Below the pieces are notes generated by a model. The model was not told where the DNA came from, ran no database searches, and was given only the letters and a program-made list of their open reading frames with translations. From an uncultured Bacillota bacterium (lineage in GTDB: Bacteria > Bacillota_I > Bacilli_A > RFN20 > CAG-288), in NCBI GenBank assembly GCA_949284445.1, contig CASDVP010000009.1, positions 14,609 through 78,608 of the forward strand: a stretch of DNA of 64,000 nt, written 5' to 3'. Shown piece after piece: positions 1-11,135 of this stretch. The number at the start of each line of letters is the position of its first letter. Position 1 is the stretch's first letter. The position numbers were made by a program, and so were the translations under genes.

Positions 1-1660
1 TTGTTTTAGTGTCATCGCTTGTCAAATAAAATCTGGCTTCGAAATCACTATAGAAGAAGCCATCAGGATCGATCTCTTTTTCAGTATCATCTTGTTTGGC
101 TCCAATTGTTAATTCGGCATCGAAATGATCATAAGCTCGAGGAGTCGAACCACTTATCAAATTGCCTTCTTCATCAAAGCAATCTTCAGCATACTCATCT
201 CTTTGATAATGAATTTCTTTGAAATTGTTATTTTCAAAGATTAATTCTAAGTTATAAATCTCTGAATAATCGATAGAATCATCTCTGTAGTTTAAAGTGA
301 TAGTTTCACCTTCAGATGTGATTTCTACTCCATTTGAAGCTTGATTGAAGAAGATTAAGTTTAACAAATCTTGGTTGATATAATTGCCGATACCATAGCT
401 GTAGTTTTGACTATAACTATAAGGTAGAATCGCTGGTAAAGAAGTGTATTCTTTAGCCTCTTCTTCTGAGATATAGCCGGTGAAGAAAGAGGAATCGGCG
501 ATCACATATTGCTTTTGGTTGAGAGTTTTATCACCATCCTTACTGATAAAATAGACATTATCTCCATATCTAGTGTAATAATCTAGATGAGAGGAGCCAT
601 CATAATCAGTGATCTGGTTATAAATAACTCCGTTATAGACTTGATAGGTGTTTGAATAAGTGCTTGGAGTCGAAAGATTTCTATTCTTAGAAGAGAAAGA
701 TAACGTTCCACCAGTTATCTTTTCAGATTCGTTTTCTATCGCTGCTGAAGTATATGAATTGATTTTATCTTCGTTGACATCGTTCTCGTTATCGCTGACA
801 CTGATTGAAATAGTTATAGAGGAAATATCAGGATTAGCTAGTGAAGAAATCATGATGATCGCTTCACCTCTTGCTACGCCCTTTAAAACACCATTGCTGA
901 CAGTAGCAACGCTTGGATTACTGCTTAAATATCTCAACTCTTTATTTGTGGTATTAGCAGGTGTAAAAGTGACATTGATCGGTAATTCTTCATTTATGCC
1001 GATCACTTTTCTGACAAAATCTGTCGAAATGCTAGTCGGTAGTATCTCATCTTGTTCAACAGTGATTTTGATGCTATCAGTAGCACCATTCTTACTTTTG
1101 ATGATTAAATCGGTAGATCCGACAACAAGACCTGTAACTTCTACTTGACCAGTTTTTAATGTGGCAGAAATTATTTTTTGATCATATTCTAAGCTCAAAT
1201 CATCTAAAGCGATTGTTTCTGGTTTTATAGCAAAGTTTATAGTTGTAGTTTCACCGACATTTATTGTCTTTTCTTCTTGCTCAAAAGTTATGCTCTCCTC
1301 ATCAGTGATAGTCACTTTTAAAGTCTTTGTAGTGCCATCATCGGTTTTGATAACCAGATCTGTTTGACCAGCTTTTAAACCGGTGATGCTGATGGTATCA
1401 TCAGTGATCGAATTGACATGAATCATTGTGGTATCGTAATCAAGAGTGATCTTTTGATTTTTATCAGAGGAGATGATCGAATATGTCAAAGATATATTTT
1501 CACCAACCTTTAACTTCAAACTTTCACTTGATGTTTGAATCACGGTTGAATCAACTTTCTCAGTGACTGAAGAACTAGTGTCTTGACAACTAGCTAAAGA
1601 CAATCCAAAAGCTGAGAGGCAAATCAAGCTTAATGCTAAATATCCTTTGTTTTTTTTCAT
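1..1660 (-). CDS. Surface lipoprotein with Ig-like (Big_2-type) domains; 3' end runs off the window
   Basis: Not in ORF track (no stop in window). ATG at 1660 after GAGGTG RBS. Reads MKKNKGYLALSLICLSAFGLSLASC (lipobox), later TFTPANTTNKELRYLSSNPSVATVSNGVLKGV (Big_2 signature). Confidence 0.85.
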   Translation of the reverse strand, partial: MKKNKGYLALSLICLSAFGLSLASCQDTSSSVTEKVDSTVIQTSSESLKLKVGENISLTYSIISSDKNQKITLDYDTTMIHVNSITDDTISITGLKAGQTDLVIKTDDGTTKTLKVTITDEESITFEQEEKTINVGETTTINFAIKPETIALDDLSLEYDQKIISATLKTGQVEVTGLVVGSTDLIIKSKNGATDSIKITVEQDEILPTSISTDFVRKVIGINEELPINVTFTPANTTNKELRYLSSNPSVATVSNGVLKGVARGEAIIMISSLANPDISSITISISVSDNENDVNEDKINSYTSAAIENESEKITGGTLSFSSKNRNLSTPSTYSNTYQVYNGVIYNQITDYDGSSHLDYYTRYGDNVYFISKDGDKTLNQKQYVIADSSFFTGYISEEEAKEYTSLPAILPYSYSQNYSYGIGNYINQDLLNLIFFNQASNGVEITSEGETITLNYRDDSIDYSEIYNLELIFENNNFKEIHYQRDEYAEDCFDEEGNLISGSTPRAYDHFDAELTIGAKQDDTEKEIDPDGFFYSDFEARFYLTSDDTKT

Positions 1661-1673
1661 ATTTCACCTCTTT

Positions 1674-4600
1674 TTATGCTTTAGGTGTGATGGTTAGTTC
1701 AATATAGAAATTGCTGTCTGGAATACTTAAGGAAATATAGTCACCAGTATAGTGGAAACTATATTCTTCTCTAAAGTATTTCTTTACATCATTTTCCATT
1801 GTGTAGCCAGTTATGGTGTATTTGTTGGTATCAGTTTGAGCGTTGTCATTTAACCAAGCAACTATTGTAGTTCCTGCTTTAACGCCATTATTTAAATCGA
1901 CAATAGGAGCATTAGAACCATATCCATTTCTGAAAGTGATATATTGTTCAACTTCACCGACAAAAGTAGGTGTATAAGTTGGATATTTAGCCGTGACAGG
2001 TGTGATGATTACTTCTTCAGCAGGCATAATGAATTTGATATTGAGTGTTGTAGATTTGAATGTAGTGATATCATTGAGCAATTCAACATCTGTACCAGAA
2101 GCAGTTTGAACTTTAAATTGTGGGCCATCAAGATATTCAATTTCATTGGGGTCATTTAATTTAATTTCGACATTCATTCTATGTCCGACATAGCCTTGTT
2201 CATAGGTATCACCCCAGCTAGAATCACCCTCCCTGATGGTCATAGAGATTCTGTCATCAGTGCTATTTAAAGTGATTGGATGCTTTTCTTCTTCGGTTAA
2301 GTCTAAAACAATTTCAGCATCTTCAGCAGGCATTGTGAATTGATATTCTCCACCTGTTCCTGCAGTTAAAGTAGTAGTTCCACTTGCGGTGACTAAAGAA
2401 ATAGAGTTAAGTGTGAAGCCGTTATTCACTGAACCTAGACCGATAGTTAATTCTTCACCAGCATTCACTTTATCTCCAGAATTGATTCTTTCACCATAAG
2501 CATTTGATATATTTACAGTGCCTATTCCTTCGGGCTTAGTAAATGTTAAACTGTGAGTTGTCACTGATTCAGTTGTAACTTTGATAGCAACATCTTTATC
2601 AGGCATGATGAATGAATATTTTTGATGCGAGTACTGGTTTGGAGTCAAATCGATTGTTTCATCATCTAAACTGACATCAGTGATCTTATAGCCTAGACTA
2701 TTATGGACAGTGAATTCGACTTCATCTCCAGGTAAGTAGTCATCGTCTAATCCAGTTATCGTATATGCTTCACTTTCTTCGTATGTCACTTTTCTTCTTT
2801 GAGCGACTTCAAAGACGATATTGATTTCACCTTCTTCAGGATAATCGAATGTCCAACCGCTCCAGCCTTCTTCACATGCTTTGCCTTCTTGATAATAGAT
2901 ATTAGTTATTTCATAACCTTCAACAGGCTTGGCTTCAATTTTTGCAGTATGACCAGGGGCTAATTCTGTGATTTCTTCACCACTCCAATCATCGTCATCA
3001 GTGATAGAATAGCTAGCGATAAATTCATTAGGTGTGACATTGATCTTCTTTGGCTGCCCGACAATAAAGGTGATAATGACATTCTCTTCAGGCATGGTGA
3101 ACTCAACTTCGTCACCATAACCGCTGGTATAAACATTGTCTCCAGTTTCAGTTTCGACTGTACAATCCACATAGTACCAACCTTCATCAGCGGTGACAGT
3201 AAATTCAACGTCATCACCTGGTGTGTAACTATCCTTTAATCCTTCTAATGTTAGATGTTCATCATTGACAAGAGTCACAGTCTTAACACCAACATATTCG
3301 GCATCTATTTCAATTCTAAAGCTGGTTTCATCGGTGATTGAATAGTTGTATAAATAATATAGATTGGGAGTATTATATGAGGGACTTGCAAAACGTGAGG
3401 TAGTGCTCTCGTCCAAATAATAATAAATATCCTTGATTTTTGTTCCAGCCTTAGGAATCACGTAGAAATATAAGTCTTGTAGTTTATATTTTTGATCAAC
3501 CTTAAGACCATAGAAATCAACTAAAGAATCATCATATTCAATTGAGGTCAACGTTAAACCATCTTCGACTGGATCTGAAACAGGAGCAATGATCAATTCT
3601 GCATCGGCTGACGGCATCTTAAAAGTGACTTCATATTCACTGCTTGAAGCGGTGCTTTCAAAAGCATAAGATGTGCCGTTTACTAATAATTCATATGATG
3701 AGAATTTATATGTGCTACCTTCTTTGATACGAAGAACAACATCTTCACCTTCCGCGTATTCGTTTCCAACTTTGACATCATTTAAGACTTCACATCCTTT
3801 TTCAATAGTCTGAATAGAAGTGATGGAATAGGATTGAGCAGAGTATTCAGTAGTTAAAGTGACGGTGACAGCTTTGGCAGGCATTTCAAAGATGTATTGT
3901 TTGCCTTCAGTCACTGCTGTGAGCTTTACTTCACCATCATTCACTTTGATGTCTTTGAATAAATAATGAGGTTCTAATGTGATGTTTAAGGTGATGGCTT
4001 TTCCTTCTTTGGCTTTATCACCTTTTACACCATCAACTAATACTTCAACGCTTCCGCCGGTCACAGGTGCAACTGTAATATTGAAGCTCGGGATTTCAGC
4101 AGTGATGACTGTGACAGTCACATCGCTTGTTCCCATTACAAATTGATAACTTGATTGTTCAGTTGTCGCTGCTTGCACACCGCTCCAATTGATAGAAGTG
4201 AATGAGTGATCTTCGTCTATTTCTAAAGCAAAAACAACTGTTTGACCTTCTAATGCAGTAGTGACTTCTTTACCGCTGACAAAGAATTTTCCTGTAGCTC
4301 CTTCTCCTAATTTAGCAGTGAGAGTATGTGATGGGATATTTTCGACTGTCAATGTTAAGGAGACGTCTTGATCAGGCATCACAAAAGTATAGATATCAGG
4401 ATCGGTTTTTGATTGTGTCAACTGAACATCATCGCTTACGAGGTTTTTAACTCTTTGGGTAGTGCTAGTGGTTGTGACTCTCACTTCGATCTCGTCTCTA
4501 TAAACTGCACTAGCAACTTTTGTGTCATCTTTATAGAATTCAACTGTGAATCCTTCTATCTGATTGACGCTTAATGAGTGAGCGGAATAGACCTTATCTT

Positions 4601-4952
4601 TGAAAGTGACGGCTACTGAGACATCTTCGTCAGGCATGACGAAAGTATAAGTCACACCTTCTTTGACAGCAGTCGTTTGAACTTTTCCGTCGTTTACTAA
4701 AATACTTTCAAATTCTTTACCTTTAACGACTTGAGATATTGAAACAGTGACTGTTTCACCGGCTTTTGCAGAGGTTTTATCAGTGCTGACTTTAGCGTCA
4801 GTCGTTGATACGACACTTATCGAATGGGTTTCCTGTTTAGATGTTTCATTGCTTGAGGTGGGGGTAGTTTCACAACTCGTCAAAGCAGAACCTGTTGTCA
4901 AAGCAAAGGCAGAGAAGACTAATAATGCACCTAGAATACGTTTCTTTTTCAT
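1674..4952 (-). CDS. Lipoprotein with ~12 tandem beta-rich repeats (divergent InlB B-repeat/Flg_new-like)
   Basis: Start moved to MKKKRILG (4952, AAGGA RBS). Lipobox ALTSC. Modules of ~80-90 aa ending in FxMPxxDV-like motifs. Confidence 0.85.
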   Translation of the reverse strand: MKKKRILGALLVFSAFALTTGSALTSCETTPTSSNETSKQETHSISVVSTTDAKVSTDKTSAKAGETVTVSISQVVKGKEFESILVNDGKVQTTAVKEGVTYTFVMPDEDVSVAVTFKDKVYSAHSLSVNQIEGFTVEFYKDDTKVASAVYRDEIEVRVTTTSTTQRVKNLVSDDVQLTQSKTDPDIYTFVMPDQDVSLTLTVENIPSHTLTAKLGEGATGKFFVSGKEVTTALEGQTVVFALEIDEDHSFTSINWSGVQAATTEQSSYQFVMGTSDVTVTVITAEIPSFNITVAPVTGGSVEVLVDGVKGDKAKEGKAITLNITLEPHYLFKDIKVNDGEVKLTAVTEGKQYIFEMPAKAVTVTLTTEYSAQSYSITSIQTIEKGCEVLNDVKVGNEYAEGEDVVLRIKEGSTYKFSSYELLVNGTSYAFESTASSSEYEVTFKMPSADAELIIAPVSDPVEDGLTLTSIEYDDSLVDFYGLKVDQKYKLQDLYFYVIPKAGTKIKDIYYYLDESTTSRFASPSYNTPNLYYLYNYSITDETSFRIEIDAEYVGVKTVTLVNDEHLTLEGLKDSYTPGDDVEFTVTADEGWYYVDCTVETETGDNVYTSGYGDEVEFTMPEENVIITFIVGQPKKINVTPNEFIASYSITDDDDWSGEEITELAPGHTAKIEAKPVEGYEITNIYYQEGKACEEGWSGWTFDYPEEGEINIVFEVAQRRKVTYEESEAYTITGLDDDYLPGDEVEFTVHNSLGYKITDVSLDDETIDLTPNQYSHQKYSFIMPDKDVAIKVTTESVTTHSLTFTKPEGIGTVNISNAYGERINSGDKVNAGEELTIGLGSVNNGFTLNSISLVTASGTTTLTAGTGGEYQFTMPAEDAEIVLDLTEEEKHPITLNSTDDRISMTIREGDSSWGDTYEQGYVGHRMNVEIKLNDPNEIEYLDGPQFKVQTASGTDVELLNDITTFKSTTLNIKFIMPAEEVIITPVTAKYPTYTPTFVGEVEQYITFRNGYGSNAPIVDLNNGVKAGTTIVAWLNDNAQTDTNKYTITGYTMENDVKKYFREEYSFHYTGDYISLSIPDSNFYIELTITPKA

Positions 4953-4971
4953 AAATTTCGTTTCCTTTCTT

Positions 4972-7581
4972 TTATTTGACAAAATTGAACGTTAAGTTAC
5001 CGTCTGATTGAACAACTTCTAAACTTATTTTATCAGCTTCAACTTCTAACAAATTGATTTCATCGACTAAATCTGCTGTATCTTTAATATAATAAGGGGA
5101 GATACTAGTAGCACTGATATAATCATTATAATTACCATATTGAGATATTGACCATTCAAATGTGATAGTTCTATCTCCGATTGTGATCACTGCATCACCT
5201 TGTGATAAAGAACTCGAGGTATAAGTGAATGTGAGAGTTGCATCATTAGCTTCATCAGTGAAAGTTCCATAGTAGTAATTGACAGAATAGAAAGTGGCAT
5301 AGCTTATATCTTTGTAAGCAGAATTTTTGAAATCACATTTAGTGCTGTTGAGTTTATTAGAAGACACTGCGTTTTCAGCTAAACTCGCTGTCGCACTGAA
5401 GCTATTAACATCATCACTTTCACCATCTAAGACCAGTTGATCACCATTGATCTTAACATTGAATTGGATTGGTGTGTCATTTACATAGATAGTGAGAACA
5501 CCGCCTTGTGCGATTTCAATTTTATTATTGATAGTGCCACTATATGAGCAATATAGATATGTTCCAACGATTTCATCTAATGTGATCGGTTTTAAGACTT
5601 TATAAGTCTGAGTGGTAGATATCCTTTCATTTGTTAAAGAAGTAACTTTAATTTTTGCTTCTCCTTCTTGTAAGAAAGTCACATCGAATGTGGTTTCTCC
5701 TTCTTCATTAGCAACAGCGGTACTAGCTACATTCGAAATCGAAACTATTTCTGGAGTCAATGCTTCAATCTTAACGTCTTGTATTGCATATGATGGTTCG
5801 ACTTTAGCGGAGAAATGATAAGTTTCACCTACATAATAATTGTTGTTATAATTCACATTTCTAATGGTTATTTTGTTAGGATCAGGAGCAGATATTTGGA
5901 TTGGTATTTCAGCCTGTATATCGTTGTAATCATTGCCGACAATGATCGTTGTATTGCCTGGCGAAGTCACTGAATAATTGCTGTAATTTTTAGTGATGTG
6001 TTTTTCATCGAAAGATTTGATATAAAAATTATCGGTGTCGATTGCAGTAGCTGGTAAGAATTGAATGCCCAAATCGGCTTCCTCAAAAGTATCACCAGAT
6101 CTCAGGTTTGCACCTATTCCAAAAACTGTTTGTGTAAAGTAAACAGTGGGATCGAAAAGGAATTCATCAACAGCTGTTCTTTCATCATAAGTAGCAGTGA
6201 ATGTTGAGGTGACTCTCTTATTTATAGTCGCATCTTCTTTTAAAACATAATCACCGGTGGTTGCATCTTTTTCAACATCGCTTGAATCATATTGATCTTT
6301 GATAAAGGTTGCTGAGGCTAGGTGGCTATCATTATCGAATTCAAGAGTGAGATCATAATTGTAAATATATGTGGTTGAATATGAGGAGTAATATTCAAAA
6401 TTACTACTTTCAACAATCAAAGCATCACCAATAACATCTTTGTATCGACTTGTTAACTTTAAGGCGCTTATATAGTCATCTAAATAAGTATCTGGCAAAT
6501 AAGCAGGATCGATCACTTGGTGCATAGTAGTCGATAAGAAAATCAATGTATTACCAGAAAAGCCAGCGACTTCTTTTTTAGCTTCTTCAAGAGTTATACC
6601 TTCTAATTCACTATCTTCAGTGATGATTCTTTCACTTTCAGCGTTGTTACTATTGTTACTCTCCACGATGTTGACATCATAAAATTGTTTATCATCGTAA
6701 TAATATGCGTGAGTATCGGTGATAGTTTTATCATCGACGACAGTTTTTTCTTGCTCATAAGTTTGGTTGGTATGATATGAAGTGGTTATGACTTTTTCAT
6801 CATTTGCTTCCGTGCTGTAATCAATCGTCTCTATCTTTAATTCGCTGCTGATAGCATTGTTTGAGAAGTTTACAGGTATTGTTTCTAATAAAGCATTTAA
6901 ATCATCAGCCGTCTCTACTAATGATAAAGGCTGTGAAAAACTATTTGGAGAGATGCTTAATAAATCAGGATTAGAGAAATCGACTTTAAATGAGAAATTG
7001 CCTTTGATTTCACTTTTGATCTTATCTTCTTCTTTATAGAAATATCTTTTTATCTCGTCAGTGGTTGATAATGATTCATAAGAAAAAATATCATCATCGG
7101 CTTTCACATAAAAAGTTTCGTTATAAAGAAGTGGAACATCGTTGAGTGTAAAAGTAAAATCACTGTTTTTAGTGAACGGATATTCTGATGTGTCAGTCAC
7201 TAGACTGATTGAAGCATACGTCGAATCAGTTTTCGTGAAGTCAATCTCATCAGATTCTTTTGATATGGAGATATCATAGACGCCTTCGTTGATGACGATT
7301 ATGTTGTCTGATTTGCCTTTTTTGAAGCTGCTTTGATCTTCTTGCTTGATATTGTCATAGGTGAGCTTTTTACCGCCTTCTAGCTTGAATGAATCGTTTT
7401 TTCTTAATGGCACATCAGTCAATTCGAATGAAGCTTCAGTCTCTTTGAAGGTGCTGTTAGCATCGTTGTTTCCTATCAATTTATATCCAGAATTGGTGGA
7501 GTTAGGACTTCCTTCACAGGAAACTAGACTTATTGCTAAAAAAGAAAAAGCAAAGAATACGATACTTTTTTTGTTCCGCAT
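4972..7581 (-). CDS. Large lipoprotein of unknown function with an Ig-like domain
   Basis: Start moved to MRNKKSIV (7581, AAGGA RBS). Lipobox SLVSC. Ig-like segment FSAKVEPSYAIQDV...GEAKIKVTS. Confidence 0.8.
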   Translation of the reverse strand: MRNKKSIVFFAFSFLAISLVSCEGSPNSTNSGYKLIGNNDANSTFKETEASFELTDVPLRKNDSFKLEGGKKLTYDNIKQEDQSSFKKGKSDNIIVINEGVYDISISKESDEIDFTKTDSTYASISLVTDTSEYPFTKNSDFTFTLNDVPLLYNETFYVKADDDIFSYESLSTTDEIKRYFYKEEDKIKSEIKGNFSFKVDFSNPDLLSISPNSFSQPLSLVETADDLNALLETIPVNFSNNAISSELKIETIDYSTEANDEKVITTSYHTNQTYEQEKTVVDDKTITDTHAYYYDDKQFYDVNIVESNNSNNAESERIITEDSELEGITLEEAKKEVAGFSGNTLIFLSTTMHQVIDPAYLPDTYLDDYISALKLTSRYKDVIGDALIVESSNFEYYSSYSTTYIYNYDLTLEFDNDSHLASATFIKDQYDSSDVEKDATTGDYVLKEDATINKRVTSTFTATYDERTAVDEFLFDPTVYFTQTVFGIGANLRSGDTFEEADLGIQFLPATAIDTDNFYIKSFDEKHITKNYSNYSVTSPGNTTIIVGNDYNDIQAEIPIQISAPDPNKITIRNVNYNNNYYVGETYHFSAKVEPSYAIQDVKIEALTPEIVSISNVASTAVANEEGETTFDVTFLQEGEAKIKVTSLTNERISTTQTYKVLKPITLDEIVGTYLYCSYSGTINNKIEIAQGGVLTIYVNDTPIQFNVKINGDQLVLDGESDDVNSFSATASLAENAVSSNKLNSTKCDFKNSAYKDISYATFYSVNYYYGTFTDEANDATLTFTYTSSSLSQGDAVITIGDRTITFEWSISQYGNYNDYISATSISPYYIKDTADLVDEINLLEVEADKISLEVVQSDGNLTFNFVK

Positions 7582-7834
7582 AATATTTTTGTCCTTTATG
7601 GCATATACTCTACAAAACCAGAACATTTTTGTAAAGAATGACAAAAAAGTAGTTTTTATTTAATTTTTCTATATAAAAACAGTATTGAATTTTAATGTGT
7701 TTAAATAAAAAGAAGTAAAAAAGCCTAAAAATAAATCAAAAGAGAAAAAATATTGATAAAATTAGAAAGCCAAATTTGATTTTAAATTGCTAGCGGTGAT
7801 TGATATTAAATTTCCGGTCTTAAAAATAATTATT

Positions 7835-7848
7835 AGTAAGCGCTTACA
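7835..7848. promoter_or_regulatory. cre-like (CcpA/LacI-family) operator
   Basis: AGTAAGCGCTTACA with perfect 12-bp palindrome GTAAGCGCTTAC, between divergent lipoprotein operons. Resembles cre consensus TGWAANCGNTNWCA. Confidence 0.65.
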
Positions 7849-8069
7849 CTGATTCATGAATTTTTCTGTTATCAATTCTTAAATTGCGGGTGTTGTTAAT
7901 GCTTTTTTATAAAAAATGAGTATATTTTCGATTATTATTGATATTGAAATGAAAATTATCAGTATTTTTAAATATCTGATATCAAAGAAAAGCAATATCA
8001 CTTGTTATTTTTATAATACTTGGAAATTTTATATACTTTTTTAGTTAACAAAACAAAGGAGTGAAGCTT

Positions 8070-9494
8070 ATGAATAAAGTTCTAAAACGAACATTTATTA
8101 TTGCTAGTGGTTTTTTGTTATGCGCCTGTCAAGCAAGACCACAGAGCAGTGTTTCGACTATACCACCACAACCAGAAGGTCTTTATACTAGATTGACTAG
8201 AGCTATTTCAGCCTTGAACAATTTTTCTGCATCTGGAACATTAGAATATGCTGCTTATGATTTACAGGGCGGAACAACTCTTGATCAATCTACATATTTA
8301 TTAGAAATCGATCTCGCCGATGAATCATATTATTATTCTGAAAATGATTTAGCGACTGGTGAAGTCATCTTTGAAGAACGTTTCATCAAAAATGAGCAAG
8401 GCAGGTTTGTTCAAGAGAGCTTGAATTACAACACTAATACAGTCGATGAAATCGTTTATACCGAGAATTATGATGATGTTATGGATAATCCTCTTTTAGA
8501 TATCGAAGTTCAAGACTTAGATGCGATCAAGGGGCAACTAGATTGGTATGATATCAAAGATTTATCATTAGCAGCGTTAGCCACTCAATTTTTAACTGGA
8601 TATGACACTGTTTCAGAGGATGCTTTGAGCGTCGCTCAATACGCGATTCATTATGATGGTGAATATTTTGATCAGATGAGAATATTAGTAGAAGCCTATG
8701 ATGATTATTTAGAGCCTACTTATGGTGAACAATATTTATTCACATTGCAGCTCAGTCAGTTTGGAACTGCTGAAACCAAAGAGATCACACCATTTGAAAC
8801 CACTAGCAATCATACTGCATTGCAGATTGGCTTGAATAAATTAGCCAGTGCTAAGAATATGACTGTCAATGTTTCATCACAATCTATCGATGGCAAAACA
8901 ACTTATGATGAACATAGTTATATGCTCGATTTCGAAAATTATATTTTCTTAGATCCTGTAGTTTTCACTAAAAACATCTATGAGAACGGAGAAGTGGTCA
9001 GCACTCATCAATGCTATTCGGTTTATAAACAAGTCGGTGAAAACATCAACCTTAACGATAATCTCACCAGCAATGATGGAACACTGATGATCTTCGATTT
9101 AGATGCTGAGACGAATGAAGTGGTAGATTCTGATGATTTCAACGAATATTATGGAACTAATGGAAATTATAATTTCACCACTTTGATTCCATATTTCAAT
9201 CTTCTTGCTGCTGCTTGTTATAAAGACACTGGTGATATGACTTTTAAACCATATATCACCACTTATGATTATGCGACAGCTGCTTTCATCCCGTTCGGTG
9301 CTAGTTATGCGATGTCATCTTCAAAGAATAATATGACTATTTATGTAAAAAATAATTCTGTAGAAAAAGTAGAACTCACCTATTCTGAACAAGATGATTC
9401 AGGATTTGGAACCGTGAATAAAGCTGATGTCATATCATATGATGATTTAGATACTACTGTCATTCCAGACTATGTTTTAAATTTGGGAGAATAA
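8070..9494 (+). CDS. Lipoprotein of unknown function
   Basis: ATG 8070 after AAGGAG (ORF track uses GTG 8061). Lipobox LLCAC. Acidic, Tyr-rich. Confidence 0.8.
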   Translation: MNKVLKRTFIIASGFLLCACQARPQSSVSTIPPQPEGLYTRLTRAISALNNFSASGTLEYAAYDLQGGTTLDQSTYLLEIDLADESYYYSENDLATGEVIFEERFIKNEQGRFVQESLNYNTNTVDEIVYTENYDDVMDNPLLDIEVQDLDAIKGQLDWYDIKDLSLAALATQFLTGYDTVSEDALSVAQYAIHYDGEYFDQMRILVEAYDDYLEPTYGEQYLFTLQLSQFGTAETKEITPFETTSNHTALQIGLNKLASAKNMTVNVSSQSIDGKTTYDEHSYMLDFENYIFLDPVVFTKNIYENGEVVSTHQCYSVYKQVGENINLNDNLTSNDGTLMIFDLDAETNEVVDSDDFNEYYGTNGNYNFTTLIPYFNLLAAACYKDTGDMTFKPYITTYDYATAAFIPFGASYAMSSSKNNMTIYVKNNSVEKVELTYSEQDDSGFGTVNKADVISYDDLDTTVIPDYVLNLGE

Positions 9495-9498
9495 TGAA

Positions 9499-11130
9499 AT
9501 GAAAAATAGAAAATTATTGAGTATTTGTGCTATCGCTTTTTGCGGATTAGCGTTAGCGAGTTGTCAAAAAGGTAGCAACACCACAAGTTCAACTGAGCAA
9601 TACACTAAGACCGACTATACAGATGGTTTGATCTTTGAACTGAACGAATCCCAAGATGGTTATATCGTCACTGATTATTTATCTATCGAAGATGAAGTTG
9701 TCATCCCTGAGTTATATGCTGGTTTACCAGTCAGAGAAATCGGTGCTGAATGCTTCCAATATGATGACATTGTTGAGATCGAATTGCCGAGATCTTTAAG
9801 AAAGATTGGTGATAGAGCGTTTGAAGGTGTCAACGGATTGATTGATATTGTCATTCCAGAAGGCGTTGAAGAGATTGGAACTGAAGCTTTCTATTATAGT
9901 TCAACGATGGAAAGCGTCACTTTACCTTCAACTTTAAAATCGATCGGCTCATCTGCTTTCGGTTTAGCCACTGAATTCAATGAGATTAATGTCGCTGAAA
10001 ACAACCAATATTTTAAAGATATAAGCGGTGTTTTATACAGCAAAAATGGAACGGTTTTATATTGCTATCCTCAAGGAAAAGCTAACACCACTTATGATAT
10101 ACCAGACACCGTTACCACTATCGCTGATCGCGCTTTTTATGCCTCTACCAATCTGACTTCAATCACCATTCCTGAAAATGTCGAATCTATCGGTTTTAGA
10201 TCTTTAGCAGCTTTGAGTAACTGCACACAGATATCTATCAATCCGACAACTTCTAAATTGAAAACCATCGGTGCTAAAGCGTTTAGTGAAAATAGGAGCA
10301 TTCAATCATTTATCATTCCTAAATCGGTAACTTCTTTAGGTGAAGGTGTTTTTTATGGTGATAGTTCATTGACAGCTGTTTCATTTATGAACACGATGAC
10401 AAGTATCCCAGATTCTTTCTTTGAAAGTTGTTCAAAGCTTAAGACTGTAGTCATTCCATCGACTGTTACTTCAATCGGTAAAAGCGCCTTTGAAGGTTGT
10501 GGTGCTATCTCTGTATTAGATTTACCTGCAAATCTAGAGACGATCGGAGAAGGTGCATTTAATGCTTGTAAATCATTAACTAGTGTTACAATCCCTTCAA
10601 AGGTTACTGCTCTTCCTGAAGATGTATTCGGATATTGCTCTAATCTCTCCAGAGTCACTTTACCTGCTGGATTAAAGACTATTGGAACTAGAGCTTTTGC
10701 TGGTACTGCTTTAACTGCTTTAGATTTAAAAAATACACAGGTTGAAAGCATTGGTGCAACTGCCTTCTTCCAAGTGGATTCCTTGACTGATGTCAATTTT
10801 CCTAGCACTTTAAAAGAGATTGGAAATCAAGCATTCCAAGGTACTAGTATCGCAAATCTCGAATTGAATGAGGGCTTAGAGAGTTTAGGAGAATGGGCTT
10901 TTGGTGATATTCATGAGTTAGCTAATGTTTATTTGCCTTCTACCTTAAAAGAAGTTGGTCCCTGCTGCTTCCAATGGAATCAAATCGGTGAAGGTGTGGT
11001 AAATTATTACACACCTTTAGCAAGTATTCCTTCTACTTGGGATGAAAACTGGGTTGTTGAAACAGCTGCTAATATTCATCTTTCTTCTTCTTTAGATGAA
11101 TACCATAATGCTATTGCTACTACAGAATAA
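9499..11130 (+). CDS. BspA-type leucine-rich repeat (LRR_5) lipoprotein
   Basis: Lipobox LASC. Many LxxVxIPxxVTxIGxxAF repeats and the GVLYSKNGTVLYCYP motif. Confidence 0.92.
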   Translation: MKNRKLLSICAIAFCGLALASCQKGSNTTSSTEQYTKTDYTDGLIFELNESQDGYIVTDYLSIEDEVVIPELYAGLPVREIGAECFQYDDIVEIELPRSLRKIGDRAFEGVNGLIDIVIPEGVEEIGTEAFYYSSTMESVTLPSTLKSIGSSAFGLATEFNEINVAENNQYFKDISGVLYSKNGTVLYCYPQGKANTTYDIPDTVTTIADRAFYASTNLTSITIPENVESIGFRSLAALSNCTQISINPTTSKLKTIGAKAFSENRSIQSFIIPKSVTSLGEGVFYGDSSLTAVSFMNTMTSIPDSFFESCSKLKTVVIPSTVTSIGKSAFEGCGAISVLDLPANLETIGEGAFNACKSLTSVTIPSKVTALPEDVFGYCSNLSRVTLPAGLKTIGTRAFAGTALTALDLKNTQVESIGATAFFQVDSLTDVNFPSTLKEIGNQAFQGTSIANLELNEGLESLGEWAFGDIHELANVYLPSTLKEVGPCCFQWNQIGEGVVNYYTPLASIPSTWDENWVVETAANIHLSSSLDEYHNAIATTE

Positions 11131-11135
11131 ATATT

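Noticed and set aside
19..1148. Plus-strand ORFs 19-222 and 660-1148
   Set aside because: They are antisense shadows of the minus-strand lipoprotein starting at 1660.
7740..8005. Several TGATAT(T/C) hexamers in the divergent promoter region
   Set aside because: Short AT-rich words with irregular spacing. Not distinguishable from background by eye.
9720..10980. Periodic ~69-bp similarity that could suggest a CRISPR or tandem array
   Set aside because: Explained by 23-aa LRR coding repeats. No identical repeats, spacers or cas genes.
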